64,000 nt of DNA from Takakia lepidozioides (lineage: Eukaryota; Plantae; Bryophyta): the NCBI GenBank assembly GCA_030704615.1, contig CM060734.1:40610001-40674000 (forward strand), read 5' to 3'. Shown here in pieces: positions 1-12,892 of the stretch. The stretch's first letter is position 1; each line of letters opens with the position of its first letter. The notes under the pieces were generated by a model. The model was not told the origin of the DNA, searched no databases, and saw nothing but the letters and a program-made list of their open reading frames with translations. Made by a program: the position numbers and the translations under genes.

Positions 1-24
1 CTCCAACCCATAAAATCTGAGCAG

Positions 25-1558
25 GCAGAGCAGATGAGCCTGAGGAAAGCAGAGGATTATGTGTTGACGCCGTCGGACATAAAGAACAACATGCCGCTTA
101 CTAACCGTGTACGTATTGCCACTCGGTCCTGCACTTCTCCTGTCATTGAGAATTATGTAGTCACGTGGGCTTGACGCTTAGGGCCCCATTGGCAGGGAGC
201 TAACGGCTGAGTCAGCCCAGTGCTCAAGCCAACATGTCATGTGCAATATGCGACCGGTTCCTGCACATTAGCTTTGGAGCTTGGACCTCAAGAGGGTGAA
301 ACAGGAGGAGTCAAGCAAGGTCCATGTCAATGTGTTCAATTCGTCTCAAAGAGAGTAACATCTGAAGAATGTGAAATTTCATCTGAATGATCTAGAAAGA
401 GTACTAACATCTTCAACACTTTCTGCCTTTGTTTGCTAAACTAAAGAGTGTCATGAATGCAGTTCTTTCTGGAGGGTCTTAGGTGTGCATCAATGGTTCC
501 ATTTATCCCTCGAACGGCGGCCCAAGATGTGGAGTTGAATGGTAGTCCCTGTTCACTTGGTCTGGAATTCAATTTCAGTACATGGAACTTGGCTGCATGT
601 AGTTCTGATATCATGACACCAGACCTTACATTTGCATGTTTTGCCCCTTCTAGGTAAGTGCAATGTACTGCTGAGCAGACCAGGGTACCTAGTTTGTATG
701 CTGTGAAATGCCCTGCAGAGGGATACACAACTTGTGCGTGGCAACTTCATGATGTCTGAAACATGAAAGGCGCTGGTGTTTGCAGGGTGTTTCATTCCAA
801 AGGGATGGCAAGTCTGGGCGTCAGTGGCCCCTCTTCATCGGAATCCAGAATACTTTCCAGAACCTTGGAAGTTTGATCCGTCCCGATTTTGAGGTATTGC
901 AGACCATGCACTCTTTCGTGAACCTTCTTGGAGGTCAGTCATGTTCCATAAGTCATTTGTGGCTCTTTAACGGATTAAGGTCTGGGATGTACTGGCAGGT
1001 GCCCCCAAAACCCAACACATTTTTTCCATTTGGCCATGGAGCACACAAATGCCCTGGTGGAGAGCTTTCTAAGATAGAGGTCTTGGTTTTCTTCCATTAC
1101 CTGGTTACTGAATACAGGTACGTCCAACACATGGCATGTACCTTTCAGAGAGATTCCGCTCGCTGAAACTGCGTATCTTGGATGTGGAGAGAGTCAGACT
1201 TAGCTGTGTGGTCAGGACAACATTGAGGTCAAAATTGTGGAGAAAAATGAGTGTGAAACCACAAAGTGGATGGAGCAGAGAGCCAGCTCGAAGGAGATGC
1301 TGACAAAAGGGTGCAACAATGTACATGAATAGATACATAACACATCTTGACCAGATTGCCGAAGGTGTGGAAGTACATATGACTGCTTCAGTCTGGTGCT
1401 ATGCCCTTATCCCAAAGGACAGAGGGTTTTGCTATATGTACTAACTGAGTGACATGGTATGTAGGTGGGACAGAATTGGACCTAATCCAGGCCACCAGCA
1501 CTGGGCTCTTACTCCTCCCAAAGGTGGTTATCCCATCCAAATCAGCAAGCGAATGTAA
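25..1558 (+). CDS. Cytochrome P450, CYP85 clan (CYP707A/ABA 8'-hydroxylase-like); 3' five exons 25-108, 463-541, 786-893, 999-1117, 1465-1558; 5' part lies upstream of the window
   Basis: GT-AG exons splice to AEQMSLRK...MPLTNR / FFLEGLR (ExxR)...DVELNG / CFIPKGW...FDPSRF (PERF) / VPPKPNTFFPFGHGAHKCPGGELSK (heme motif FxxGxxxCxG) / RWDRIG...KGGYPIQISKRM*. An extra T in TTTT (887-890) creates an in-frame TGA, so this is either a pseudogene or a consensus error. Confidence 0.9.
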
Positions 1559-4500
1559 CTGAGTTTAGATTACATCTACAATAACCTAGAATATATACTA
1601 AGACCAGGATGTTGGTTGCGTGGAATGCGGGAATTTGTAATATCACGCACCCCAGTGGGTGTATGTTTGCTAGATACTCATTCAAGATGTACAGGTAATG
1701 CTTACTCAGCTTCGTTTGTGATGGATCACTGGCCATAGTGACTTATTAAATTTGCACTTGAAATCACTGTTCGTATAATCAGAGATGAGTCCCCTCCAAA
1801 ATTGGGAAGTCTTTTACATCCATACTAAGTTGTTTCTACAGGATACTTGTTTGAGTTGGGTGATATGGTCAGCACTGTTGCACAAGCAAACCATCCAGAC
1901 CTGCAATTTTGGTGGAAGGGCAACCTCTTTCACATGCTTGCTCATTCTTATGCATCGTAGGCAAGAGCAGGACATTTTACTGCCTGTGAGAAGTTGCAGC
2001 CACGCCCAACTCAATACAAGGCAATGCCAAGCGGATTCAGCCAAAAATCTGTAGTGAAGTTCCATAAAGAAAATCACTGGAACGTTTTGGGAGCTTCGAG
2101 GATTTGGGACAATAGGAGGTGTGCAGCAGCAGTACATGAATTCTTTCAGAAAATAGACTTCAAACGAAGCAATTAATGCCTCACAGATATGTTAAGAACA
2201 GACTCGCAAGCAGCCAACATCCCAGTAACAGTGAATATACTCAATTTCACTGCCATAGCATCAAGCTACACAGCAGAGTGTTATGTGAAATCCTGCCTCG
2301 AGCAAGTGCATGCAGAAACCAAATGCACCATACCAGGCATCGAAAGTATCCATCAGAATCTATTAAGACTCGTTCCCTTCCGTTATGTTTTGTTGTGGGT
2401 TGGACTTCATTCCAACTGAGACAAGGAGGCTCAGCACACATATGACCTAAAAGAAACTCCAGACAGAAGGTATCAATTAGAGCTTTGCACCACCTACAGC
2501 AGCTCGTATGGTCACTATATCAAGGGACTGGACTGCTCACATGTCAAGTAGCGGGAACATTGAGTTGCATAGGCGGTCAGGGGATCATCGCCAGCTCTGG
2601 GTCCATCATGCTCTACCCTGCACAAGTCCATTTGTGTGCACAGACAAAGGCTGCACCTCCAAGGAATCACTGGTCCTCTCACTTGCTCTCCAACATGTCT
2701 AATGCGATAGAACGATGGCCCCCTCATAAGAAGGGGAAGCACCTTGCTATCACGAAATCGCCTGAATCATCAAAACATACTTCCTTGACCCTCAAAACCT
2801 AATTATAGGAAGAAGGCAGATTCACAGGAGGGTGTCCGTCCGTCCTAGTGCGTGAGGAGCCCCGCACTTGGCCACCACCGTGGAGACCCGCCCACATGTC
2901 CGTCCAGAACCATGCAAGGCGCCCTCTTGTCTTGGAGCGATGTCCAGACCGATGCATTGTTGGGATCGTTCTGCTCACATCAAGAAAGGTAATCTCAGCT
3001 TCCGAAGGTGCACTTGTGCCTTGAACATGTAAGGTTTCTAAGGGCAATTGTGGTATCAACATGACTGGACTGGGTTTAACTACGCTGGGATTCCCATAGA
3101 TAAGCTCGTCTTGTCCAATCTCTGCTGCTACTTGCTCACGGGAAGGAATGTAAACCGTCAATTCCACGGAGAGATGTCGGGTGTATGAGCAGTGTCGAGT
3201 TGAGTTCCCTGCGGAGTAACTTGGACAGCCTGCTGCAATGGTTCAGGTAGGGAGGTGACATCTCCCTCCTGCTCCACTATTTTCCCTTCCTCTAGTAGTG
3301 GCACTTGCCGTTGTTGACCTCCATCCTGCTCAGCCACCATCATTTTCTGCCTCTTTGCTTCATCCTGCCCCTCCAAAGTTTGGATTCACTATGAGCGGAC
3401 CCCTGTTCTTCAACTATAGTGGTGCCCAATTCTATTATGCCTATAGCTTTGCGCTCTTCCACGGTGAGTTAATGTATGCAAGCAACGAGTTAGTTTGAGA
3501 GTAGCTGAACAGAAGAAGATTGCGTGATGGTGATACACATGAGCCAGAGGAAGAGGGGGAGGAAGAACAACTCAAGCGGGAAACAAATTACTGCTGGCTG
3601 TCATCGGTCAGTCGTGAAATGAGAACTGACATGTGTTAGTAATAGGAGATTTCAAAATTTCAAAAAAAAATAAAATAACGGATGTGTGGCTTAGATTTAT
3701 TCTTCATCACGCCTTTTAGGGAACACGATGTTATGTACCATGGGTGATCTGTCAGGTAAGAATGGGCTTTGGAGCGACCTGCAAGAGGCTCTATCATTTT
3801 TTTTTAATGATTTTTTCACGCTCACCTGCTATCACTGGTCATATATGCTTGTGCACCAAATTATCTGATCGAAATCAACGGCTGAGAGAGTTTCATCGAT
3901 GGCTATTTAAAAAATTAAGTACAAACCTAGCTTGCCACCTGACGCAGCGCGTGTCTATATAAGAACTATGCATAGAGTCCTCGTTTTGCCAAAATTGGTC
4001 TATGCGTAGTTCATTTTGTGACTATGACGTTGTCTGCGATCACCGGTAGTGGAAGCAACAAAACGTATGTATCATCTTCTTCCTCGAACGAGATGTTTCT
4101 CTTCTTCTGCTAGAGCGCCGGAAAGTTCACTCATAGCTTAGCATCTAAGCTAAAAGTTGTGCAAGAATAGACGTTCAGTACTTATACCGTTAATAAAAGC
4201 CTGTTAGTTTTATTTAGTGTGTAAAAATATTGTCTAGTGAAGCTTAGACGGAAAACACACTATTTAAGTATGTCAACACCTACAAGTTTGTACAACCTGG
4301 AAGAGAGTGGCATGGTTATAGTCATGGTTAACTAGAAATGATTTATTCTAATAAATTAGACAATGTACATTTGTATTTGTATGTAGAAGTTGACATTGGG
4401 ACTTCACTTGATTTCATGTACCAAGTGAGGTAACAAATCTCGCTTAGGACGTGGAGAGGGTTGTCTCCATGTGTGGCTTATGAAGGCTCGTCTTCTTCTA

Positions 4501-5385
4501 GTCGAGCCTCCCAAGGCCTTTCTCACCGTCACAGCTACAGTACTTGAGATGGAATGTGCAGGATGAAATATGTATGGTGGAGTCCCAAAGCTGCCATTGG
4601 CTTGACTTATATAAAGTGATAAAATAAATTCATCTTTTTTCACATCTCTTATCACTAGAAGAAGACGATGTTTGCATATATGAGTGCAAGGTGTTAGCAT
4701 TTAGTTTGCACTTGTATATGAGAGCTAGTCAAGTTAGATTCAAGGTTTTCACAGTGTAGAAGAAGAGTGAAGAAGCGGCGCGAGCTTGGGCTTGAAGCAC
4801 AAGGAAATGAGAGGGTTGATTTTCCTTATATAACAGTGGTGCATGTGTGGAGCATGTTTTTAGTCCATTGAGGCTTTTATTTTCAAACTTTGGATAGCAA
4901 GAAAGAAGGGGGAAAACTAGTTTCCATTTTTGTGAAAGAAAAACACTTATAGAGCATGTTTCGGTGGGGTTTCAACTTCAAGCTTGAATAAAGCACAACT
5001 CTTGAAGCAGCAAGTGTAGGGGCTGGAATAGGCGCTAGAGGAGGTGTGCTATGGAGGGCACGTGAATGAGTGTTTAGACTCTATACTATCCATGGACCCC
5101 ATGTTTGCCGCACCACAAGCTCTGTAGTAGTACCTGAATGACCCAAAGTCATCACGCATTTTTGGTTGGGTAGTAGGACCATAGAAAAAAAAATTATATA
5201 TGATGGCTACCCTCCCATTCTTGAACTGAGATCAAGAGAAGAGCTCATGAGCTTGGGAGTCCTGGAACGTAAGAAATTTATGATGGTCACATGTAGGAAA
5301 GCCTTCCCACGAGTTCCTCAATGGCTTTACCCAACAACAAAGTATTATGGTGTCGAAGGCCAATTTTACCACCTCACCCAGCTTC

Positions 5386-5822
5386 TGTAACAAGGTAAAA
5401 TCTAGAAGGTTCTAGATAGAGGAGGAAAGTTCCCTAGAAGTTTCCAGAATAACTAGGAATGATCCTAAGAAGTTTGACTTAAGGAAGTTTGACTTGAGGC
5501 TCTCAAGTCAAACCTCTAAGATATTCATATCATGGAAAGCAGGTCAAATCTTTGATAAAGTCATATTGTAGAAAATATGTCAAACTTGTGAAGGTTGACT
5601 TTAGCAAGTATCTTTGATAAAGTCGTATTGTGGAGAATATGTCAAACCTAGGAAGGTTGACTTTAGGAAGCTTTGACTTGAGGCTCTCAAGTCAAACCCT
5701 TAAAATAATCATATTGTGAAGGGTATATAAACCTGCAATGAAAGCCTAGAAGGCATCGAGTTGTTTTGGGAAAAAATTGAGAAATACTTCTATTCTAGTT
5801 TGTGTAGATCCTGGGTGTTACA
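5386..5822 (+). repeat. 5' LTR of Gypsy element 1
   Basis: TGTAACA...TGTTACA termini; direct repeat of 10956-11391; contains two TTTGACTTGAG-GCT-CTCAAGTCAAA hairpins. Confidence 0.95.
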
Positions 5823-5823
5823 A

Positions 5824-5836
5824 TGGTATCAGAGCC
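5824..5836 (+). promoter_or_regulatory. Primer binding site (tRNA-iMet)
   Basis: TGGTATCAGAGCC starts 1 nt after the LTR. Confidence 0.95.
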
Positions 5837-5979
5837 TAGTCTTTCTTAAAGTTGGGAGTGAATACCTTCTTTAGGAGGATTCGATTAAGATGTTTTTTTT
5901 AGAGATTTTTGTTGTTAATATTTTTAAGTGTTGAATAGATAGTAGTGATGGTGCGCCATAACGATAGTATAAAAATTTT

Positions 5980-6399
5980 ATGGACTTAAATCAACCCCTT
6001 TTCCGTGATTTTCCTTCGGAGTGTGAATTTAAAATTATATGTCGTCATAAAGCAAAAATTAGAGATATGATAGTACAGAGATTTGGAGAGGAACAATATC
6101 AAGAAGTGTTACAAAATCCACGACTTGTCGTATTTTCTATAATTAGAAATTGGAAAGTATACATATGTGTATATATATGGCTCATGGATCGAGGTAGACA
6201 TTTTCCGCCTAATTTTCCACCGCCAAATGTATTTAGTATCAATGTGCGCGCCATCGACAAGCATCATCTTGTGAGATTTTTAGTTGCAGAATTTGGGGTA
6301 GAATTCATAAACCTTATCACGAGTTCAAACGTCCATTTTGTATTACCAATAGTCACGTACGGGATGGTTTGGGATTGCACTATTTACATACTGTATTAG
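5980..6399 (+). CDS. Extra 139-aa ORF of unknown function between PBS and gag
   Basis: Open ATG-TAG frame in an AT-rich leader; homolog in copy 2 (15845 down to about 15428); two-fold internal repeat. Confidence 0.6.
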   Translation: MDLNQPLFRDFPSECEFKIICRHKAKIRDMIVQRFGEEQYQEVLQNPRLVVFSIIRNWKVYICVYIWLMDRGRHFPPNFPPPNVFSINVRAIDKHHLVRFLVAEFGVEFINLITSSNVHFVLPIVTYGMVWDCTIYILY

Positions 6400-6471
6400 G
6401 ATAAGAGAATAGAGATAGTATATATTAATTTTAGAAGACAAACACCACGAAGGAAGAAGTAGTGGAGCAAG

Positions 6472-7534
6472 ATGGCGGACAATGAAGAAATGGTGGACAA
6501 CTCACACACTACTCATCAAGCCAATGTTCAGACGGTGTGGATAATGGAGCGCTTACACGAATTGCAGAATGCTCTTGTCACGACCCAACAACAAAACAAC
6601 GTGTTGATGGAGGAGCTTAAACAAGTGAGACACCAAGGACTGGTTGCTGATGGGTCGGATACGTTGCTGCAAAAGATAACCAAGATATGCAAGGTCGAGC
6701 CGTATAAAGGAAGTCGTGCAATGGGAGTGCTAGAATGATGGATTTATCGAATGGAGGTACATCTGTCATATTTTCTTATATCAAGTGATTTAGACCACGG
6801 AATGTTCATACGATCTTTTCTACTCGACAATGCTTCAATATGGTTACAGACATGGGAGAAAAGACAGATTGCAAAAGGAGAACTTTTACTATGGAGCACC
6901 TTGAAAGCGGGACTGCTCCAACAATTCAAGGCAGTAGATGCTGTTACAACTGCTCGAATGAAATTATGGAACTTGGAACAACGCGGGAGTGTGCAAAATT
7001 ACATTGAAGATTTTTTGAATCTTCGGGTCCAAATCGAAGACATGAGTCCTGTAAAAGCTTTAAACAACTTCAAAAGAGGATTGAAGAAGAAAATTCAAAG
7101 AGAGGTAATTTGTTGATGTCCATGATGCAATTTCATTGGCCCAAAAGATTGAAGGGTCGCTACCAAAATACGACGAATGTATACACGTTTCATTGAACCA
7201 ATACGGATCAACGCCTATGGAGCTTGGAAATCTTCGAAGACGGGATAACTTCCAATACTCTCAAAGAAATAGGCCGGGAATCAGATATGGGGAAGATAAC
7301 ACACAGCGGCGAATAAAATTGAATGACAAGGTTGTGACCTCCTCAACATTCTCACGAACAGAATGATAAAGGGAAACTCGACAATGTTACAACTGTGGAA
7401 AATACGGACATCTTGCAGCCAACTGCCGAAGTGGAAGGTACAATCGACAAACTTATCGAAAACCTCTTAACAGTTTAAGGAAATGAGAAGATAACGAACA
7501 TCACAATGAGCAGGAAAACGAGGACAACCAGTAA
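6472..7534 (+). pseudogene. Gypsy gag (retrotransposon gag domain, PMELG motif, CCHC zinc knuckle), disrupted
   Basis: ORF pieces 6472-6738, 6751-7116 and 7136-7366, then CYNCGKYGHLAANC; ends QENEDNQ*. Confidence 0.9.
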
Positions 7535-10500
7535 GTAGACCTCGCGGTCTTACTGGTTCTACAAAGAAGAGGAAAGGCAAGGGCCCCTACAAGGAAAAGA
7601 GACAAATCAATCATGCGGGCAAGAAAGAGACGCAATTAATTGTGGCAAATGGAAACTTGGAAGGTATTCATGTGAGACTGTTAATAGACCCTGGGGCAAC
7701 AGAAAACTTCTTATCTAGAAAGGCTGCCTTGAAACTAGGACTCCCCTTAGAAAAGGATGAAAGAGAGGAAGTAGAAATGTCAAATGGACATACAGATGCC
7801 ATTGAGACACTATCTAAAAACATAGAGTTGTCGATTGTTAAATATAGATAAACCTTAGAATGGCGAGTGGTCAGACTGGCTCGATATGACGTAATATTAT
7901 GCATGTCTTGGATGGAATCTCACAACCCTGATGTTGATTGGCGTAGAAAGATAGTCAAAACTCAGAATTGGAAAAATGGGGAGATCGAGTGAGGACACCA
8001 TATCGAAACCTACCATCATTTGTTTAGGTACTACAACTATATGTAAGAAAGACTTATTATTTGTAGGTTTAATAAGAGACGTGGAAAATCCGAAAAAAGA
8101 CATGAGTGAGGTCTATATAGAATTACAGAGTGTATTGAAAGAGTTCAAATATGTCTTTCCAGATGACCTACTAGCACGGCTTCCGCCAAAGAGAATAGTA
8201 GATCATAAGATTGAGGTTGTTCCAAGTAGTACTCCTTCTTATAAAGTCCCTTATCGATTAGCACCAAACGAGTTAGAAGAATGTAAGGTTCAAATCGAGG
8301 ACCTACTATCAAAAGGTTTTATAAGACCAAGTGTATCCTCGTATGGAGCGCCGGTGTTGTTTGTGAAGAAAAAAAATGGAGCAATGCGCATGTGCATTGA
8401 TTATCAAGTACTCAACCGGCAGACAGTGAAGAACAAGTACCCGTCATCACGCATGGACGATCTATTTGACCAAGTGCGAGGAGCAAAATATTTTACAAAG
8501 TTTGATCTGAGGAGTGGATACAACCAAATTCGAGTCGCTGATGAAGATGTATATAAGACCGCTTTCCGTATTAGGTATGGACATTTTGAATACATGGTTA
8601 TGTCATTTGGTCTCACCAATGCCCCAGCCACATTCATGGGCCTCATGAATGATATCTTTCGCCCATTCTTAGATAGATTTGTGATAGTCTTTTTAGATTG
8701 TCGAGCATAGAAACCACCTCAAACAAGTATTACAAGTTCTCCGTGAGAATCAGCTATATGTCAAAGCATCTAAATGTGAGTTTGAAAAACACGAAGTAGA
8801 TTATCTTGGGCATCGCGTGAGTAGGAAGAGAATTGAGGTAATGAGTGAGAAAATAGAAGCTATTCAGCAGTGGATAGCTCCTAAAGACATTACCCAATTA
8901 ATGAGTTTTCTTGGCCTTACCGGATTCTACAGACGATTTGTACGAGCATTCTCAAATATTGCCCAACCATTGACAAATCTTTTGGGCAAAGGAATTAAAT
9001 AGAAGTGGGATACAGAAGAGAAGTTAGCATTTCAGGCCTTGAATGATGCGTTGTTTCATGCTCCGATCTTGAAATGGTATGATCCGACAAGACTAATCAA
9101 GCTCTCGGTAGATGCGTCAGGCTCAGCAGTGGGTGGGGTATTACAACAAGAATGGGAAGACGGATGGCATCCAGTGGCATATTTTTCTCGCAAATTGTTA
9201 CCTGCAGAACAAAATTACCATACAACCGAACGAGAAGAATTGGCCATTGTTTTGGGTACAAAACATTGGAAGCACTATCTTGGAGACAAAGAGTTCATAG
9301 TAGAGACAGACCATAAACCGTTGGTATACTTGGAGACACAAAAAGATCTATCGAAGAGACAGATTCGTTGGGCGTATGGCGACAACAATTTAATATGAAG
9401 ATCGTCTATGTGGAGGGAAAACGGCAATTGGCAGATGCAATAACAAGGATGCCGCGCATGAACATATTGACAAAAATCAACATTCAACCCGATTGGTGGA
9501 ACAAGATAGCGATGGCTTCTAAAGATGATGGGGAGATTGTGGACGCTAAAAAGAAAGGCAAAGTGACAGAAGTTCGAGGGTTGATATTCAAGGAAGGTAA
9601 ACTTTGGATCCCTGATGAACCTGCATTGAAGACAGAAGTCTTGTTTGAAGCTCATGATACGGCGATAGCAGGACATGTTGGAACCCTAAACCCTAAACAA
9701 CTAAAACGAACATTTTATTGGCCACGGATGCGAGACGAGGTGGAGACGTACGTTCAAAGTTGCATGAGATGTCAACAAAACAAGTCAACAAACCGCAAGC
9801 CAGCAGGTCTTTTACAACCACTACCAGTACCAAACAGATGTTGGGAACATATGAGCATGGATTTAGATTGTGAGTTACCTCAAACCTCATCGGGATATGA
9901 CACTATAGTGGTCTTTGTAGACAAATTGAGTAAGATGATACACATCCGTCCCACTAGAAAATCCGTCACTGCACCTGAACTAGCTCGACTATATCTGGAA
10001 GAGGTCTATTCTCATTATGGGCTATCTAAAGTTCACATTACTGACAGGGTTACCCAATTTACTAGCTTGTTTTGGAAAAGCTTATTTGGTCTTTTTAAAA
10101 CCAAATTAGCTATGTCAACAGCCTATCATCCGGAGTCAGATGGACAGACAGAGAAGGCAAATCGTACAATTGAAGACATGTTGTGGGCCTTTACGTTAGA
10201 AGAACAAGAAGAGTGAGATTGATTATTACCATTGGTAGAATTTTCATACAATAACTCGATCAACGCGTCAACGAAAGAAACTCGTTTCTTTTTTATGTAT
10301 AGTGAACACCCAAATGTGCCAACAATTCTTATAAAGTTCAATTTACCAAAAGATGAGTTATCCAAGGTAGCCGCGACTAACGCATTTGTGCAACAAATTC
10401 GACGGAGAGTACGTCAAGCTAAAGAGAAGCTGATAGTTGCCCAAAATCGCCAAAAGCAATATGCAAATGCACGTCGACGGGATGAAGAGTTTGCAGTTGG

Positions 10501-10942
10501 GGATCAAGTGTGGTTGTCTACAACCAATTTACACATCATTGGATCGCAAAAACTGGGGGCATTGTTCATTGGTCCTTTTTCGATCATTAAACGCATTGGA
10601 GCAGTAGCATACAAGCTGGAGTTACCACCACATATGGAGATCCACCCGGTGTTTCACGTTTCTTTACTACGTCGTTACGAACCTCGACCATCAATATTCA
10701 AAGATAATCAAGAACCACAACCTTTACCAGAGTTGATAGACGGAAATGAAGAGTGGGAGGTCGACCGTGTTCTAAAAAAACGCACATACAAACGAGGGCG
10801 ACATGAGGTGTTGGAATATTTGGTTTTATGGAAAGGATTTCCATTATATAAAGCTAACTGGGAATCGGTGCAAAATCTCGCAAATGCTCAATTGACAATT
10901 CAAGCTTTTGAAAATTCGAACAACGAGGACGTTGCTTCTTGA
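7513..10942 (+). pseudogene. Gypsy pol (protease, RT, RNase H, integrase, chromodomain), disrupted
   Basis: LIDPGAT; RMCIDY...[13 protein letters not shown]...[10 protein letters not shown] (the YxDD region is deleted); DASGSAVGGVL...TDHKPL; H-H-CC and DDE integrase; GPF motif; EEWEVDRVLKKR...YLVLWKGF chromodomain. Confidence 0.95.
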
Positions 10943-10955
10943 AAGAGAGGAGGAT
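10941..10955 (+). promoter_or_regulatory. Polypurine tract
   Basis: GAAAGAGAGGAGGAT immediately before the 3' LTR. Confidence 0.9.
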
Positions 10956-11391
10956 TGTAACAAGGTAGAATCTAGAAGGTTCTAGATAGAGGAGGAAAGT
11001 TCCCTAGAAGTTTCTAGAATAACTGGAAGGATCCTAAAAAGTTTGACTTAAGGAAAATTGACTTGAGGCTCTCAAGTCAAACCTCTAAGATATTCATATT
11101 ATGGAGAGTATGTCAAATCTTTGATAAAGTCATATTGTAGAAAATATGTCAAACCTATGAAGGTTGACTTTAGCAAGTATCTTTGATAAAGTCGTATTGT
11201 GGAGAATATGTCAAACCTAGGAAGGTTGAATTTAGGAAGCTTTGACTTGAGGCTCTCAAGTCAAACCTTTAAAATAATCATATTGTGAAGGGTATATAAG
11301 CCTGCAATGAAAGCCTAGAAGGCATCGAGTTGTTTTGGGAAAAAATTGAGAAATACTTCTATTCTAGTTTGTGTAGATCTTGGGTGTTACA
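10956..11391 (+). repeat. 3' LTR of Gypsy element 1
   Basis: Direct repeat of 5386-5822, followed by TSD GCTTC. Confidence 0.95.
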
Positions 11392-11467
11392 GCTTCCCAA
11401 GGGAACAAAGATCAACCTAGCAACAGGTCTAACAGCTGACTCATATCAAAAATGAAAACAAAAAAAA

Positions 11468-12695
11468 ATCTCGGACCGCCAGCTCTGGTGGTCTCGATTT
11501 TATCCCAAAAAACAACACAATTTAGAACCGTCAGCTTTGACGACCCTTATTTTGTCATAAAATAAAATAAAAATCGGGACCTCCCTGATCCGGTGATATG
11601 GATTGCGTGATCATTTGAATATGCGAGTTGAGTCAATGACCAAAAATGGAACGCCGCCAAGCACTGGAACAATTGCACACCTACTTCGCTACAATGTGCA
11701 TTAGGATTGGATGGAATATCCAAAATCCTTGGATGAAGAAAAGATATCAACACTTCTTGGTTGGTAGGTGTCATATTTCATCCAACCTAGATATTTTAGG
11801 CCCAAAAAATCCACTCCATTTGAATTCTTGTGGCCACGAACGCTCGAAAACTTCATAAATAGTGTCTTATTGACAATCTCGTCCAAAAATCTTCAAAACT
11901 TGGCCACAAATTCCCATGGGGTGTCCTTATAAACCCCACCAACTTTAGGTCCATGTGGTCCAACCATTAACCATAAAAAATAACCAAGTCGTAAATCCTC
12001 TGATCATGATCATTGATAAAATCGAGACAACTATAACTAGTTGTTCATATTTTTTTATTTTTAAAAAATTAGAATAAAATCGGGACCTCCAAGGTTGGCA
12101 ATCCTGATTTACTTAGAATTATTTAGAAAAAAAAATTGTTTAAAAAAATACTAAAACTAAAACTAAAACTGGATATAATCAAGACCGTTAGAATTGGCCG
12201 TCCTTAATTTATTTTACTTTATTTGGATAAAATCGGGATCACTAAAGATGACGGTCTAGTTTTATTTATGATTCTCTACATAAATTAAAATATTATTTTA
12301 AATTCAAAATAAAATATATAATCACAACTGCAGAGCTCGCAATCCCGAGTTTTTAAAAAGACGTTATGGATAAAATTGAGATTACCGCAGCTAACGGTCC
12401 CGATTTAATTAAAAATTAAATACATAAATTATATATATATATTGTTGAAACTGCCAAAGCTCACGGTCCATTTGTTAATAGAAATATTTGTACTGTTTAT
12501 TATGGACTCCAACGCTCCTGATTTAAGAGTGAAAATAATAACATTGGGACCGCTAGTTTTGGCTGTATCGATTTGTTTTAGTATTTTGTAACTGATTTTT
12601 AAGGATGAAATCCAGACTACCAGCATTGGCGGTCCCAAATTTTAAATAATATTTACTTATATATATGGAGCACTAGTATTCGCGGTTCAAATTTT
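11468..12695. repeat. Array of about 14 degenerate ~35-bp palindromes (approx. AAAATCGGGACCGCCAG-N-CTGGCGGTCCCGATTTT) with AT-rich spacers
   Basis: Copies near 11468, 11525, 11571, 12017, 12076, 12177, 12230, 12320, 12372, 12440, 12501, 12543, 12607 and 12664. Confidence 0.7.
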
Positions 12696-12892
12696 ATTTA
12701 AATATAATTTGAATATATATAGATTTTATTAGACTTAATTAGACCTCTACTATATATATATATATATTTTTTGTTAAGTCGATGACAACTTTTTGATTGT
12801 TTTTTTTGCTCTGTGGCTATTTTTTCATATTTGTTTAGCCTATGTGGCATATGGTTTTTATCCCTTATATGTTTTACTTATTATTATATATA

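Larger units (their letters stand above)
5386..11391 (+). mobile_element. Full-length, decayed Ty3/Gypsy LTR retrotransposon (chromovirus)
   Basis: TG...CA LTRs at 5386-5822 and 10956-11391 (about 96% identical by manual count). 5-bp TSD GCTTC at 5381-5385 and 11392-11396. PBS, PPT and gag-PR-RT-RH-INT-chromodomain order present. Confidence 0.97.

Noticed and set aside
1785-3500. Short ORFs downstream of the P450 (possible decayed LINE ORF1 on -)
   Set aside because: No motif I can recognise with confidence.
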